Assembly: GCA_965243205.1 (NCBI GenBank)
Contig: CBDEUK010000001.1
Location: 192,001-256,000 of the forward strand
DNA: 64,000 nucleotides
Direction: 5' to 3'
From: Gammaproteobacteria bacterium
GTDB taxonomy: Bacteria; Pseudomonadota; Gammaproteobacteria; Eutrophobiales; Eutrophobiaceae
Part shown: one piece after another, positions 49,193-59,036 of the stretch
Position numbering within the stretch: the first letter of the stretch is position 1
Layout of the letters: each line of letters starts with the position of its first letter
Notes under the pieces: model-generated
Seen by the model: the letters and a program-made list of their open reading frames with translations, nothing else
What the model was told of the DNA's origin: nothing
Database searches by the model: none
Translations under genes and position numbers: made by a program

Positions 49193-50000
49193 TGGAATCT
49201 ACAATTTCTAATTTTGTACCTGCTTTATCTTCATCACCATAAGTTAGCTTATTTAATAGCTTTTCATACGCTAAAGTACCTTTAGTATTCGGATAAATAA
49301 AATTAATGGGTTCTCCAACTTGACTAGCCTGACGAAACTTAGTGTCAATTGGAATAAGTCCATCCCATAGATGATCTGGAAAAACGATGTGTAAATGTTC
49401 GTAGCCATCTTGTGAAGCTTTGGTTCTCTGATCATACATCGTTGGCACAACAATATAATCCATAGAATGTTTACCCGACATAGTAATCATCTTTAGGGTA
49501 TTTAACATTCGTTCTAAACCTTTAATGGCAAGATATTCCGTTTGTACGGGTATGATTAATTTTTCACAAGCCGCTAAGGCATTGATCATTAAAATACCTA
49601 AAGTGGGTGGACAATCAATCAATACATAATCAAAATATTTTTCATATTGATGCAATGTTTGTTTAATAACCAAACCCATGCCTTCTTTCGCACCTAAGTG
49701 TCTATCTAACGAAATCAAAGAAGTACTGGCAGGCAATAAGTTTAAGTTATCGTATTGTGTATGACATAGAATGGATGCTAAAGGAATGCGAGCATTAGCA
49801 GCTTTCTTTTCAAATAAGGCATAAACACTTTCTTCAATTGTATCGGGATCGTATCCAAAGTAACTGGTCATTGAACCGTGAGGATCCAAATCGATCATTA
49901 ATACTCGAAACCCACGCTCCACTAATAAACCTGATAAGGAAACCGATGTCGTTGTCTTTCCTACACCACCTTTTTGATTTGCAACTGTCCATATCTTCAT
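49179..50000 (-). CDS. ParA-family ATPase of the chemotaxis cluster (ParC-like)
   Basis: NQKGGVGKTT, IDLDPHGS, IDCPP. Confidence 0.9.
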   Translation of the reverse strand: MKIWTVANQKGGVGKTTTSVSLSGLLVERGFRVLMIDLDPHGSMTSYFGYDPDTIEESVYALFEKKAANARIPLASILCHTQYDNLNLLPASTSLISLDRHLGAKEGMGLVIKQTLHQYEKYFDYVLIDCPPTLGILMINALAACEKLIIPVQTEYLAIKGLERMLNTLKMITMSGKHSMDYIVVPTMYDQRTKASQDGYEHLHIVFPDHLWDGLIPIDTKFRQASQVGEPINFIYPNTKGTLAYEKLLNKLTYGDEDKAGTKLEIVDSNESY

Positions 50001-50938
50001 GGTGTTGGTTCCAATTGAATACGCTTTTGGCCAGACGGGCCAGATTGCATTTCAGTCGTACCAGTATCAATAACATGGCCTGTGGTATCAGCTGTAGGAA
50101 TAATGATCGCGACCCGACGATTTTGTTGTCTACCTTCTTCAGTATTGTTATCCGCAATTGGTCTATATTCACCATATCCAACGGCAACCATTCGGCTCGG
50201 TTTGATTCCTACCTTCATTAATAAATGTACAACACTAGCAGCTCTGGCAGCGGATAATTCCCAATTGGAAGGGAATGCAATCGTATTAATCGGCTGGTTG
50301 TCTGTAAAACCTTCAACTTGAATAGGATTAGAAAACTCAATAAAGATTGAAGATAATTTACTCAGAATCGGAATTGCATCTTCATGTAATCGTGCACTGC
50401 CGCTTGGAAATAACACATTGTTTTTAATTTCTACTTCTATCCAATCATCTGATTGCTTTACTGAAACTGCACCTTGGTCAATAAGCTCAGCCAATTCTTG
50501 TTCAAGTTCTTCAGCAATGTCCGCTGCTGATTTTTCCTGGACGATTTCAGTTTCGTTTTGAGTTCCTGAGTTTGATTTTTGATTTGTTATGACTGTTTGT
50601 TGTTGTGGTGACGAACCATCATCGGATTCGATCACATTAACATCTTCAGTAATAGAATCCTGTTTTAGATAATCTAGTTCAATTGGCGAAATTTCATCTT
50701 GCATCACTTGCGTTTGATATTGTTGTTTGTCTTCTTCACCTACATTAGACACTGCCGGTTCATTAAACGCTTCAACAATAGAACTTGCCAATACACGATA
50801 TTTACCTTCATTAACCGATGAAATAGCGTACATAGCAACAAAGAATGCAAATAATAAGGTAATAAAATCCGCATACGAAACCAACCAACGATCAGTGGTC
50901 TCGATCTCAATTTCTTGAATACGGCGTTTTCTTCTCAT
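49997..50938 (-). CDS. motD: flagellar stator protein MotD (MotB family)
   Basis: RWLVSYADFITLLFAFF, SNWELSAARA, NRRV. Confidence 0.88.
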   Translation of the reverse strand: MRRKRRIQEIEIETTDRWLVSYADFITLLFAFFVAMYAISSVNEGKYRVLASSIVEAFNEPAVSNVGEEDKQQYQTQVMQDEISPIELDYLKQDSITEDVNVIESDDGSSPQQQTVITNQKSNSGTQNETEIVQEKSAADIAEELEQELAELIDQGAVSVKQSDDWIEVEIKNNVLFPSGSARLHEDAIPILSKLSSIFIEFSNPIQVEGFTDNQPINTIAFPSNWELSAARAASVVHLLMKVGIKPSRMVAVGYGEYRPIADNNTEEGRQQNRRVAIIIPTADTTGHVIDTGTTEMQSGPSGQKRIQLEPTP

Positions 50939-50984
50939 AGTAGTACAGTTTTAAACAGATAATATGCACAGTCTGTTCCAATGA

Positions 50985-51725
50985 CTATGTGATGAATCCA
51001 CTAAGGCGACCTTGCATTGCGCGAGGATTTTCACCTTCGGCAATAGCCACAATGCCTTCAATCAACATTTCTTTGAATAATGATTCATTTCGTATAATGG
51101 CTTTTAATTTGTTGCCAATTGGAATAAAAATTAAATTAGCAAAGCCAACACCATATATCGTCGCTACAAAGGCAATAGCTATACCACTGCCTAATTGTTC
51201 TGGTTCGGCCAAATTACCCATTACATGAATTAACCCCATAACAGCACCTAAAATACCTAATGTAGGTGTATAAGCACCTAAACTCTCATAAACTTTAGCC
51301 GCTTCAATATCTTTATTTTCTTGTGTGATTAATTCGATTTCCATAGTTTCACGGATGACTTCAGGCTCGTTTCCATCAACTAATAACTGCATGCCTTTAC
51401 GAATAAATAAATCAGGTTCCTTTTCTATAAGCTTTTCTAACGCTAATAAACCTTCTTTTCTGGCAACACTGCTCCAATGCATCAATCGTCGTATCGATTC
51501 TGAAACTTTATGGTAAGGTGGAATGAACACCCAATTAAATAATTTGATTGCACGTGTAAACGTTTCTAGCGGAGACTGCAATAAAATCGCACCAATAGAA
51601 CCACCTAAAACGATTAATAATGCAGGGATATTGATTAAGGTTGCTAAATGACCACCCTCTAGATACTGGCCGATGAGTATCATCCCTATTCCTACGATGA
51701 TGCCTGTTATACTTAAAATATCCAT
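50985..51725 (-). CDS. motC: flagellar stator protein MotC (MotA family)
   Basis: ARKEGLLALE, PTLGILGAVMGLI, AFVATIYGV, GENP. Confidence 0.88.
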   Translation of the reverse strand: MDILSITGIIVGIGMILIGQYLEGGHLATLINIPALLIVLGGSIGAILLQSPLETFTRAIKLFNWVFIPPYHKVSESIRRLMHWSSVARKEGLLALEKLIEKEPDLFIRKGMQLLVDGNEPEVIRETMEIELITQENKDIEAAKVYESLGAYTPTLGILGAVMGLIHVMGNLAEPEQLGSGIAIAFVATIYGVGFANLIFIPIGNKLKAIIRNESLFKEMLIEGIVAIAEGENPRAMQGRLSGFIT

Positions 51726-51727
51726 GT

Positions 51728-52783
51728 CTAAGCTGTCTTGGCTAAATGTACGCCAATATCATCGATTGCTAAAACTTTATCAGCTAGATTTTCATTCGCT
51801 ACGGCCATCGGCATGCCATAAACAACTGAAGTCGATTTATCTTGTATCCAGACGTCAACACCATTTTGTTTTAACTGTTTAATCCCTTCACATCCATCAG
51901 AGCCCATGCCTGTCATTACAATCGATAACACTTTTTTAGACTTACAAACTTGAGCGATTGATTTAAACGTTTCATCAACGCATGGCTTATAAATTATATT
52001 AGAATCTGAATCTTGAACCGTAAATGTTATCTGACCATCAGTTCGTTTTAGATATGTTTGCTTGCCGCCAGGTGCGATGTACGCATAACCTGGCTGAATA
52101 CTTAAACCTTCTGTTATCTCAACAACATTAATTGAACACAAAGTATCTAAACGTTTTGCAAACGCTTTAGTAAACAGTTCTGGCATATGTTGGATAATAA
52201 TAATTGGAGAAGGAAATGAAGAAGGTAATTTTGTTAATACTTTTTCCAAAGCTGCAGGTCCACCTGTCGATGCACCAATTGCAATTAAATCATAATTAGA
52301 AACTCTTACAACTGAGCTAGTTTGTTTTTCAACTGACTTAGATTTTAGTTTTTCAGAAATTTGTTCTGATACATTGGTAGATTTCTTTTTTAAAGCCAGA
52401 ATTTTAATTCTTGTTAATAATTTCTCGGCTAACTCATCCTTAAGAGATGAATCTGTTCCATGAAAATTTTTAGGTAAAAAATCAGCAGCACCAGCATGCA
52501 ATGCATCTAAAGTAATGGAAGCACCTCTTTCTGTTAAATTAGAAAACATTAAAATCGGTGTTGGTCGTAAAGCCATGATTTTTTTTACCGCTGTAACACC
52601 ATCCATCTTTGGCATCTCAATATCCATTGTAATGACATCAGGCTGATGTTTTTCAACCATTTCTATTGCTTCTTGCCCATTATCCGCTTCGGCAATTACA
52701 TTTATTTTATTATCCGATTCTAGAATTAATCTAAGAGCTTTACGGAAAAATCGTGAATCATCTACAATTAGTACATTAACCAC
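51728..52783 (-). CDS. cheB: chemotaxis methylesterase CheB
   Basis: receiver domain plus GASTGGP, QHMP, MTGMGSDG. Confidence 0.96.
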   Translation of the reverse strand: MVNVLIVDDSRFFRKALRLILESDNKINVIAEADNGQEAIEMVEKHQPDVITMDIEMPKMDGVTAVKKIMALRPTPILMFSNLTERGASITLDALHAGAADFLPKNFHGTDSSLKDELAEKLLTRIKILALKKKSTNVSEQISEKLKSKSVEKQTSSVVRVSNYDLIAIGASTGGPAALEKVLTKLPSSFPSPIIIIQHMPELFTKAFAKRLDTLCSINVVEITEGLSIQPGYAYIAPGGKQTYLKRTDGQITFTVQDSDSNIIYKPCVDETFKSIAQVCKSKKVLSIVMTGMGSDGCEGIKQLKQNGVDVWIQDKSTSVVYGMPMAVANENLADKVLAIDDIGVHLAKTA

Positions 52784-52817
52784 AGCACTTTAGCTCTTTT
52801 ACAGTATAAGATGTTTA

Positions 52818-54863
52818 TTAATATCGATTAGCATAAGAGCCAATCAATTCAGGCAAATCTAAAATTAGAGCAATTTTTCCGTTCCCGGTTATAGTAGCTC
52901 CTGCTAAACCTCTCGTTCCTTGAAGCATCGCGCCTAAAGGTTTAATAACAACTTCTTCGCGTCCAAGTAAACTATCAACCAATAGAGCTATATTATTCGT
53001 TCCGATAGTAACAACTACGACATGGCCATTCTGTTCTTCAAAATCAGATGTAGCTTTTGTTAACCAATTACTTAAATAATACAAAGGTAGAGGTTTACCA
53101 CGAACAATAACTACTTTCTGTCCATCGACCATATTGATTTTGTCCATATCCAAATCGATAATTTCATTAACACTGACAAGTGGAAGAGCAAATACTTGAT
53201 CTTCTTCACCTAACTTAACCATTAAAGTAGGCATAATAGCTAATGTTAAAGGTACTTTAATTTCTATTTTTGTGCCTTCACCCAGTTTCGAATCGATAAA
53301 GATAGTGCCGTTCAATTGATTGATGCGAGTCTTAACCACATCCATACCAACTCCACGACCCGATACATCCGAAATTTCTTCTTTAGTAGAAAAACCTGGC
53401 ATAAAGATTAAATTGTAACAATCAGTTTCATCTAATCTTGATGCTGAATCTTCATCGAGTACGCCTTTTTCAACAGCTTTTCTTCTCAAAACTTCAGCAT
53501 CCATACCCTTACCATCATCTTGAATGGTTAATAAGATATGATCACCTTCTTGTTGTGCACTTAAAATAACCGTACCGCCACGTGGTTTACCATTCGCTTC
53601 TCTTTCATCAGGTAATTCAACACCATGATCAATCGAGTTTCTCACTAAGTGAACTAATGGATCAGCTAACGCTTCAACCAAGTTTTTATCTAAATCGGTT
53701 TCCTCACCGATCATTTCTAAATTAACTTCTTTATTTAAATTTCTCGCTAAATCACGTACCACTCTTGGGAAACGACCAAATACTTTTTTGATCGGTTGCA
53801 TTCTGGTTTTCATCACTGAAGATTGCAAATCAGCTGTTACTACATCTAGGTTACCAACCGTCGCCGTCACATCTTCATTGCCTAATGAGGATTCTAGATT
53901 AGAAAGTCGATTACGCACTAATACTAGCTCACCGACCATATTCATAATGCGATCAAGAATGCTTGTTTCCACACGTACTGTTGTATCTTGTTTAGGCGCT
54001 GCGGCTTTGTTAGGTGTGTTGGCTTTTTCTACTGGTTTTTCTTTGGCTTTGATATCAGCAACTTTTGCAGGTTCCGTTTTTTCACTTGGAACTTCTTTTT
54101 TTGATTTGGCTTCAACCGGTTCATCTTTTTGTTCGGTATTTGAATCACTATTTTTCTTGGCTTCTAAATCATCTAATAACTGATCAAATTCATCATCCGT
54201 AATTTCATCATTATTAGCTGGTTTAGCTACAGCCGGTTCTGATTTTTTTGAACCATTCAATTCATCAAGTAAATTTTCAAATTCATCATCGGTAATTTCA
54301 TCATTATTAGCTGGTTTAGCTACAGCTGGTTCTGATTTTTTTGAACCATTCAACTCATCAAGTAAATTTTCAAATTCATCATCGGTAATTTCATCTGAAC
54401 TCGTAGAACTTGCTTCTTCAACAGGCGCAGATTCTGGTTCTGGTTCTGGCTCAGGTTGAGATTCTGCTGCACCTTCTGGAACGGATAGTTTAGAAAGTTC
54501 TTGCATTAATTCTGGAGAAGCATCTGAAGGATCTGTCCCATTACTAATGTCTGCAAACATTTCGTTTACAACATCAAGCACTTGTAAAACAGTATCCATT
54601 AGTTCTGAATCAACAGACCGCTCGCCATTGCGTAATAAATCAAAGATGTTTTCCGCTTTATGACAAACTTCTACCAAAGGATCAATTGCAAGGAAACCTG
54701 CTCCACCTTTAATAGTATGAAAATTACGGAATACAGCATTTAATAAATCTTTATCATCTGGACTTGATTCAAGATCGACTAACTGTTCATTCAGCGATTC
54801 TAAAATTTCACCTGCTTCTAATAAGAAGTCTTGAACAATTTCGTCATTTAGATCGATAGCCAT
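52818..54863 (-). CDS. cheA: chemotaxis histidine kinase CheA
   Basis: Hpt FHTIKGGAG, HLVRNSIDHG, SGRGVGMDVVK, C-terminal CheW domain. Confidence 0.97.
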   Translation of the reverse strand: MAIDLNDEIVQDFLLEAGEILESLNEQLVDLESSPDDKDLLNAVFRNFHTIKGGAGFLAIDPLVEVCHKAENIFDLLRNGERSVDSELMDTVLQVLDVVNEMFADISNGTDPSDASPELMQELSKLSVPEGAAESQPEPEPEPESAPVEEASSTSSDEITDDEFENLLDELNGSKKSEPAVAKPANNDEITDDEFENLLDELNGSKKSEPAVAKPANNDEITDDEFDQLLDDLEAKKNSDSNTEQKDEPVEAKSKKEVPSEKTEPAKVADIKAKEKPVEKANTPNKAAAPKQDTTVRVETSILDRIMNMVGELVLVRNRLSNLESSLGNEDVTATVGNLDVVTADLQSSVMKTRMQPIKKVFGRFPRVVRDLARNLNKEVNLEMIGEETDLDKNLVEALADPLVHLVRNSIDHGVELPDEREANGKPRGGTVILSAQQEGDHILLTIQDDGKGMDAEVLRRKAVEKGVLDEDSASRLDETDCYNLIFMPGFSTKEEISDVSGRGVGMDVVKTRINQLNGTIFIDSKLGEGTKIEIKVPLTLAIMPTLMVKLGEEDQVFALPLVSVNEIIDLDMDKINMVDGQKVVIVRGKPLPLYYLSNWLTKATSDFEEQNGHVVVVTIGTNNIALLVDSLLGREEVVIKPLGAMLQGTRGLAGATITGNGKIALILDLPELIGSYANRY
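54184..54395. repeat. 93-bp tandem repeat (about 2.3 copies) in the cheA linker
   Basis: units start at 54184, 54277 and 54370; encode DEITDDEFENLLDELNGSKKSEPAVAKPANN. Confidence 0.92.
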
Positions 54864-54896
54864 TTTTTTACTCTTAAATACTTATTTATCTAATTT

Positions 54897-55646
54897 TTAG
54901 AAACCTAAACTTGATAACAAATCATCAACATCATCTTGAGATGCCACAACATTACTTTTAGTCGAATCAATCTGTGGACCTTCAGCTTTAATATCTTTAC
55001 CTTCAGAATCTGTTATTTCGCAATCGCCCAAGCCTTGACATTTAATTAATTCGATCAAGCTACCTTCTACTCTTTCGACTATTTCGATAACTTGTTTAAT
55101 CGTTTGTCCAGTTAAATCTTGATATTCTTGAGCCATTAAAATATCGGTGATATTTTCATGAATACTATTAGAATGATGAGTAACAGATTCTAAGAAAGAT
55201 GTAATTCGTTTTGTAAGATCACGAAAATCATCTGCTGTTAATTCGCGTCGTTTGAATTTTTCCCATTCGTCAGACATTTTCTGAGCTTCATTTTGCAGCT
55301 CTTCTGAAATGGGCATCGTTGATTCAATTGCGTTAATGGTTCTATTTGCAGACTCTTCGGTTTTTTCGATTACATAATTTAAACGTTCCTTAGCATTTAC
55401 CATATCATCATTGGCAATTGAGGAAAGATTATCTGAATCAATACAATCACCAATAGAATTATGTAATTCTCTGGTTAATTTTCCGACTTGCTGAAAAAGT
55501 TGAGACTCTCTGATATTAATTAGCTTATCGATCGTTTGATTGATCTCAGCTTCATCGCCTGCTTCTAATTGTTCAATTAGATCTCGTGCAAGTTCAATCC
55601 TTTCATCACCGTTTACTATTATCTGATTTGCAACTCCAATGCCCAT
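54897..55646 (-). CDS. cheZ: chemotaxis phosphatase CheZ
   Basis: VGKLTRELH, RLNYVI, AQEYQDLTGQ, QDDVDDLLSSLGF; start placed at ATG 55646. Confidence 0.95.
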   Translation of the reverse strand: MGIGVANQIIVNGDERIELARDLIEQLEAGDEAEINQTIDKLINIRESQLFQQVGKLTRELHNSIGDCIDSDNLSSIANDDMVNAKERLNYVIEKTEESANRTINAIESTMPISEELQNEAQKMSDEWEKFKRRELTADDFRDLTKRITSFLESVTHHSNSIHENITDILMAQEYQDLTGQTIKQVIEIVERVEGSLIELIKCQGLGDCEITDSEGKDIKAEGPQIDSTKSNVVASQDDVDDLLSSLGF

Positions 55647-55667
55647 AGTTCGCCCCAAATTAGTTGA

Positions 55668-56060
55668 TTAAGCTGCTGCTTCAATACGTTCAAATATTTT
55701 GTCGATTTTTTCTTTCAACGTTGCTGCAGTAAATGGTTTTACAATATAGCCATTCACACCCGCTTGCGCTGCTTCAACAATTTGATCGCGTTTCGATTCT
55801 GCGGTTACCATTAATACTGGTAAGTCTTTCAAGTTATCGTCTGCTCTGACATTCTTAAGCAAATCGATTCCTTGCATACCAGGCATATTCCAATCGGTTA
55901 CCAGAAAATCAAACTTACCATTTTGCAACATCGGCAAAGCGGTTTGACCATCATCTGCTTCTGAAGTATTGGTAAACCCTAAATCACGTAATAAGTTTTT
56001 GATGATTCTTCTCATTGTTGAGAAATCATCAACAATCAGAATCTTCATATCTTTATCCAC
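55668..56060 (-). CDS. cheY: chemotaxis response regulator CheY
   Basis: [21 protein letters not shown]. Confidence 0.97.
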   Translation of the reverse strand: MDKDMKILIVDDFSTMRRIIKNLLRDLGFTNTSEADDGQTALPMLQNGKFDFLVTDWNMPGMQGIDLLKNVRADDNLKDLPVLMVTAESKRDQIVEAAQAGVNGYIVKPFTAATLKEKIDKIFERIEAAA

Positions 56061-56101
56061 GATATACCTCCATCAATTACAAATTTATAAACATTAAATA
56101 T

Positions 56102-56857
56102 TTAAACATCATCTACAACACCCATAAGTTTTGAAATTCTTGATTTCAAACGAATCAAAGCTTGTGCGTGTATTTGACAAACTCTTGATTCACTTACACC
56201 GAGAACATCACCCGTTTCCCGCAAATTCATTTCTTCATCATAATAAAGAGACATCACTAAACGTTCTCTTTCCGGCAAACTTGCAATGGCCTTTCCTAAG
56301 ACTTCTTTAACGTTATTAGCTTGAACATTTTCATAAGGTCCAGCTATACGACCATTTAAACCATCTTCAAACGCTGAATCTTTCGATGGTAAATCTTCAA
56401 AACTTAAAATCTGATGCCCACTTGCATCTTGTAATACTTGGTAATACTCATCCAAAGTCATCTCTAAACGTTCAGCAACTTCACTATCTCGTGCATCCCT
56501 ACCTTTCTCAGCTTCTATCTCTCTTACAGCGGCTGTAATCTCACGCACTTTACGATGTAAGGATCGAGGTGCCCAATCGCCTTTACGTATTTCATCCAAC
56601 ATTGAGCCGCGTATACGTATCCCTGCATATGTCTCAAAACTTGCGCCTTGTGTCGCATCATAATTTTTCGCCGCTTCTAACAACCCAATCATTCCTGATT
56701 GAATTAAATCCTCTACTTGCACACAAGATGGCAATCGTCCCATCAAGTGATACGCAATACGTTTAACCAATGGAGCATGCTTCGTTACCAATTCGTCCAT
56801 ATTGGGTGCGACCACATCGACTTGTGCCGTTGCCTTATAGGCAGCTAATTCGCTCAT
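56102..56857 (-). CDS. fliA: flagellar sigma factor FliA (sigma28)
   Basis: VKRIAYHL, DLIQSGMIGL, DWAPRS, GVSESRVCQIH. Confidence 0.96.
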   Translation of the reverse strand: MSELAAYKATAQVDVVAPNMDELVTKHAPLVKRIAYHLMGRLPSCVQVEDLIQSGMIGLLEAAKNYDATQGASFETYAGIRIRGSMLDEIRKGDWAPRSLHRKVREITAAVREIEAEKGRDARDSEVAERLEMTLDEYYQVLQDASGHQILSFEDLPSKDSAFEDGLNGRIAGPYENVQANNVKEVLGKAIASLPERERLVMSLYYDEEMNLRETGDVLGVSESRVCQIHAQALIRLKSRISKLMGVVDDV

Positions 56858-57711
56858 AAACCTGCTCTCCGCAAATTATTTGGTTCAAATTGCAGTTTTT
56901 GCCCCACAAAAAACTCTAACCTTCCGTTTGCGAGTTCACGTCTTGGTAGCTTATCGGCAACGTCTGCTAATTTCTTAAATGATCTTGATACAGGAGAGCT
57001 CGGATAGGCTGAAACGACCGGTTTTTGAGATCGAGCTGCACGGCTCAAGCATGGATCAAACGGGATTGAGCCCATTAAATGCAGATTCACATCAAGATAT
57101 CGCTGGCTTACATTGAGTAATCGATGAAAAACTTCGCGGCCTTCTTGCTCATCATGCACCATGTTCACAACTATTCTGAACCGATTAATTTGATAATCTT
57201 GATTCAACACTTTGATAGTTGCATAAGCATCCGTAATAGAAGCTGGTTCATTACAAACCACTAACATTACATCATCGGCAGCGTTACAAAACTGAATCAC
57301 GCTATCTGAAATCCCGGCTGATGTATCAATAATTAATATATCGGACATCATCGCTAAATCATCAAAGGCATGAACTAATGACATGTTTTGTCTTGGTGTT
57401 AAATTTGACATCATTTTTACGCCTGAAGCAGCAGGCACAATATTGATGTTGTTTGGTCCTTTGATAACAATATCTTTTAATTCAGCTTCACCATTCATGA
57501 CATGCTCTAAATTTCTCAAAGGACGTAAATTCAACATGACATCAATATTTGCAAGCCCTAAATCTGCATCCAATAATGTGACCTTTAAATCTTTTTCGGC
57601 CAACATCATAGCTAATCCAATCGCAATATTGGTTTTGCCAACACCACCCTTGCCACTGGTAACCGCGATGACCTTGCAAAAATTTTGAGATGATTCATTG
57701 AACATATTCAT
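56854..57711 (-). CDS. flhG: flagellar number regulator FlhG/FleN (MinD-like ATPase)
   Basis: SGKGGVGKT, DADLGLAN, EPASITDAYA; lies between flhF and fliA. Confidence 0.92.
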   Translation of the reverse strand: MNMFNESSQNFCKVIAVTSGKGGVGKTNIAIGLAMMLAEKDLKVTLLDADLGLANIDVMLNLRPLRNLEHVMNGEAELKDIVIKGPNNINIVPAASGVKMMSNLTPRQNMSLVHAFDDLAMMSDILIIDTSAGISDSVIQFCNAADDVMLVVCNEPASITDAYATIKVLNQDYQINRFRIVVNMVHDEQEGREVFHRLLNVSQRYLDVNLHLMGSIPFDPCLSRAARSQKPVVSAYPSSPVSRSFKKLADVADKLPRRELANGRLEFFVGQKLQFEPNNLRRAGL

Positions 57712-57717
57712 ACTAAT

Positions 57718-58992
57718 TTATTCTCCAAACGGCTCAGCAACTGCATGCTGACCAAATATTTGTTCTAATTCTTCTTCTACTGGCATCGAAGGATTTTGTT
57801 TGAATCGACTAACCGCTAAAGAAATTAATTTGTGTGCTTCTGCTTTTTGCAAATCATCTGGCACTCGCTGACCATTCGATACATAGGCGACAGATAATTG
57901 CTTTTCAACAACAAAGGAAAGTAAACGACCAATAGAATCCGCTTCATCAAGTTTCGTTAAAATAGAAAATTCCATATCTAATTCTGTAGGAAATCCTTGA
58001 TTAGAAAGTTTAATAGTACTTTTAGGCGCAGCGTTCGCGGACAGTACCTGACATTTTTTTAAGCGATGTGATTCAGCGGTAATGATGTCTAACTGTTCAA
58101 CGTAATTTTTATCTCGTGGATTTAAGCCTGCTGTATCAATAAGAATGGTTTTTTCAGTTTGATATTTATCTAAAAGTTTTTTTAACTCAACGGAATTACT
58201 AATGTTATAAACTGGAAGACCTAAGATATTTCCATAGCTACGTAAATGATCACGGCCACCTACTCGATAAGAATCTGTCGTGGCTAAAATCAATTGATCT
58301 AAATTTTTTTCAAGAGCAACTTTGGTTGCTAATTTAGCAACGGTTGTGGTTTTACCAACCCCTGAACCACCCATAAACACAATACTGTTACCAGGTGTCA
58401 ATAAGTCGTCATTCATTGTTTTAATTCGGTAACTAAAAAATGCTAATGACATACGCCATGCTTTTTCAATATCCATGTTATTTGGAATTTGTTCGACTAA
58501 GGATTTTGCAATAACGGGACTCACACCCATTTGCGCAAAGCGACGCAATAAACCAGCCCATACTGGATGACTACGACCAATTTGTCCCCATGCTAAACCT
58601 GACATTTGTTGTTCAAGCAGTTTACGCAAAGAGTGAATTTCATCTTGCATGCGTTCTAAAACAGTATCTTGTGTCCAAAGATCATTATTAGAATTCGATT
58701 TTGCTTGAACGTGTGTTTCTGCTTGTACTTGCTCAAAAGCACGGTCAAAAACATTAGCTTTTTTGGTAGAACGAATATCCGTAGTTGGCTTTGCGTCTGC
58801 TAATTCTCGTCCTTCAATTAGTTCAGTGGGGTCATTTAAGAATTCTTGCTCGTCATAATCCTCTGCTGCCAATAATTCGACACCTCCTATCACTTTGCGA
58901 TTTGATAAAATAACCACATCGGGTCCTTGCTCTTCTTTGGCCATGTTTAAGGCTTGGCGCATATCTTTGGCGAAATATTTTTTTATTTTCAT
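57718..58992 (-). CDS. flhF: flagellar SRP-type GTPase FlhF
   Basis: GVGKTTTVAKLA, DTAG, TKLDE, GQRVPDDL. Confidence 0.95.
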   Translation of the reverse strand: MKIKKYFAKDMRQALNMAKEEQGPDVVILSNRKVIGGVELLAAEDYDEQEFLNDPTELIEGRELADAKPTTDIRSTKKANVFDRAFEQVQAETHVQAKSNSNNDLWTQDTVLERMQDEIHSLRKLLEQQMSGLAWGQIGRSHPVWAGLLRRFAQMGVSPVIAKSLVEQIPNNMDIEKAWRMSLAFFSYRIKTMNDDLLTPGNSIVFMGGSGVGKTTTVAKLATKVALEKNLDQLILATTDSYRVGGRDHLRSYGNILGLPVYNISNSVELKKLLDKYQTEKTILIDTAGLNPRDKNYVEQLDIITAESHRLKKCQVLSANAAPKSTIKLSNQGFPTELDMEFSILTKLDEADSIGRLLSFVVEKQLSVAYVSNGQRVPDDLQKAEAHKLISLAVSRFKQNPSMPVEEELEQIFGQHAVAEPFGE

Positions 58993-59036
58993 CAGTAAAT
59001 AACTTCTTACAAAATTTATATAATGATTACTGTTCT

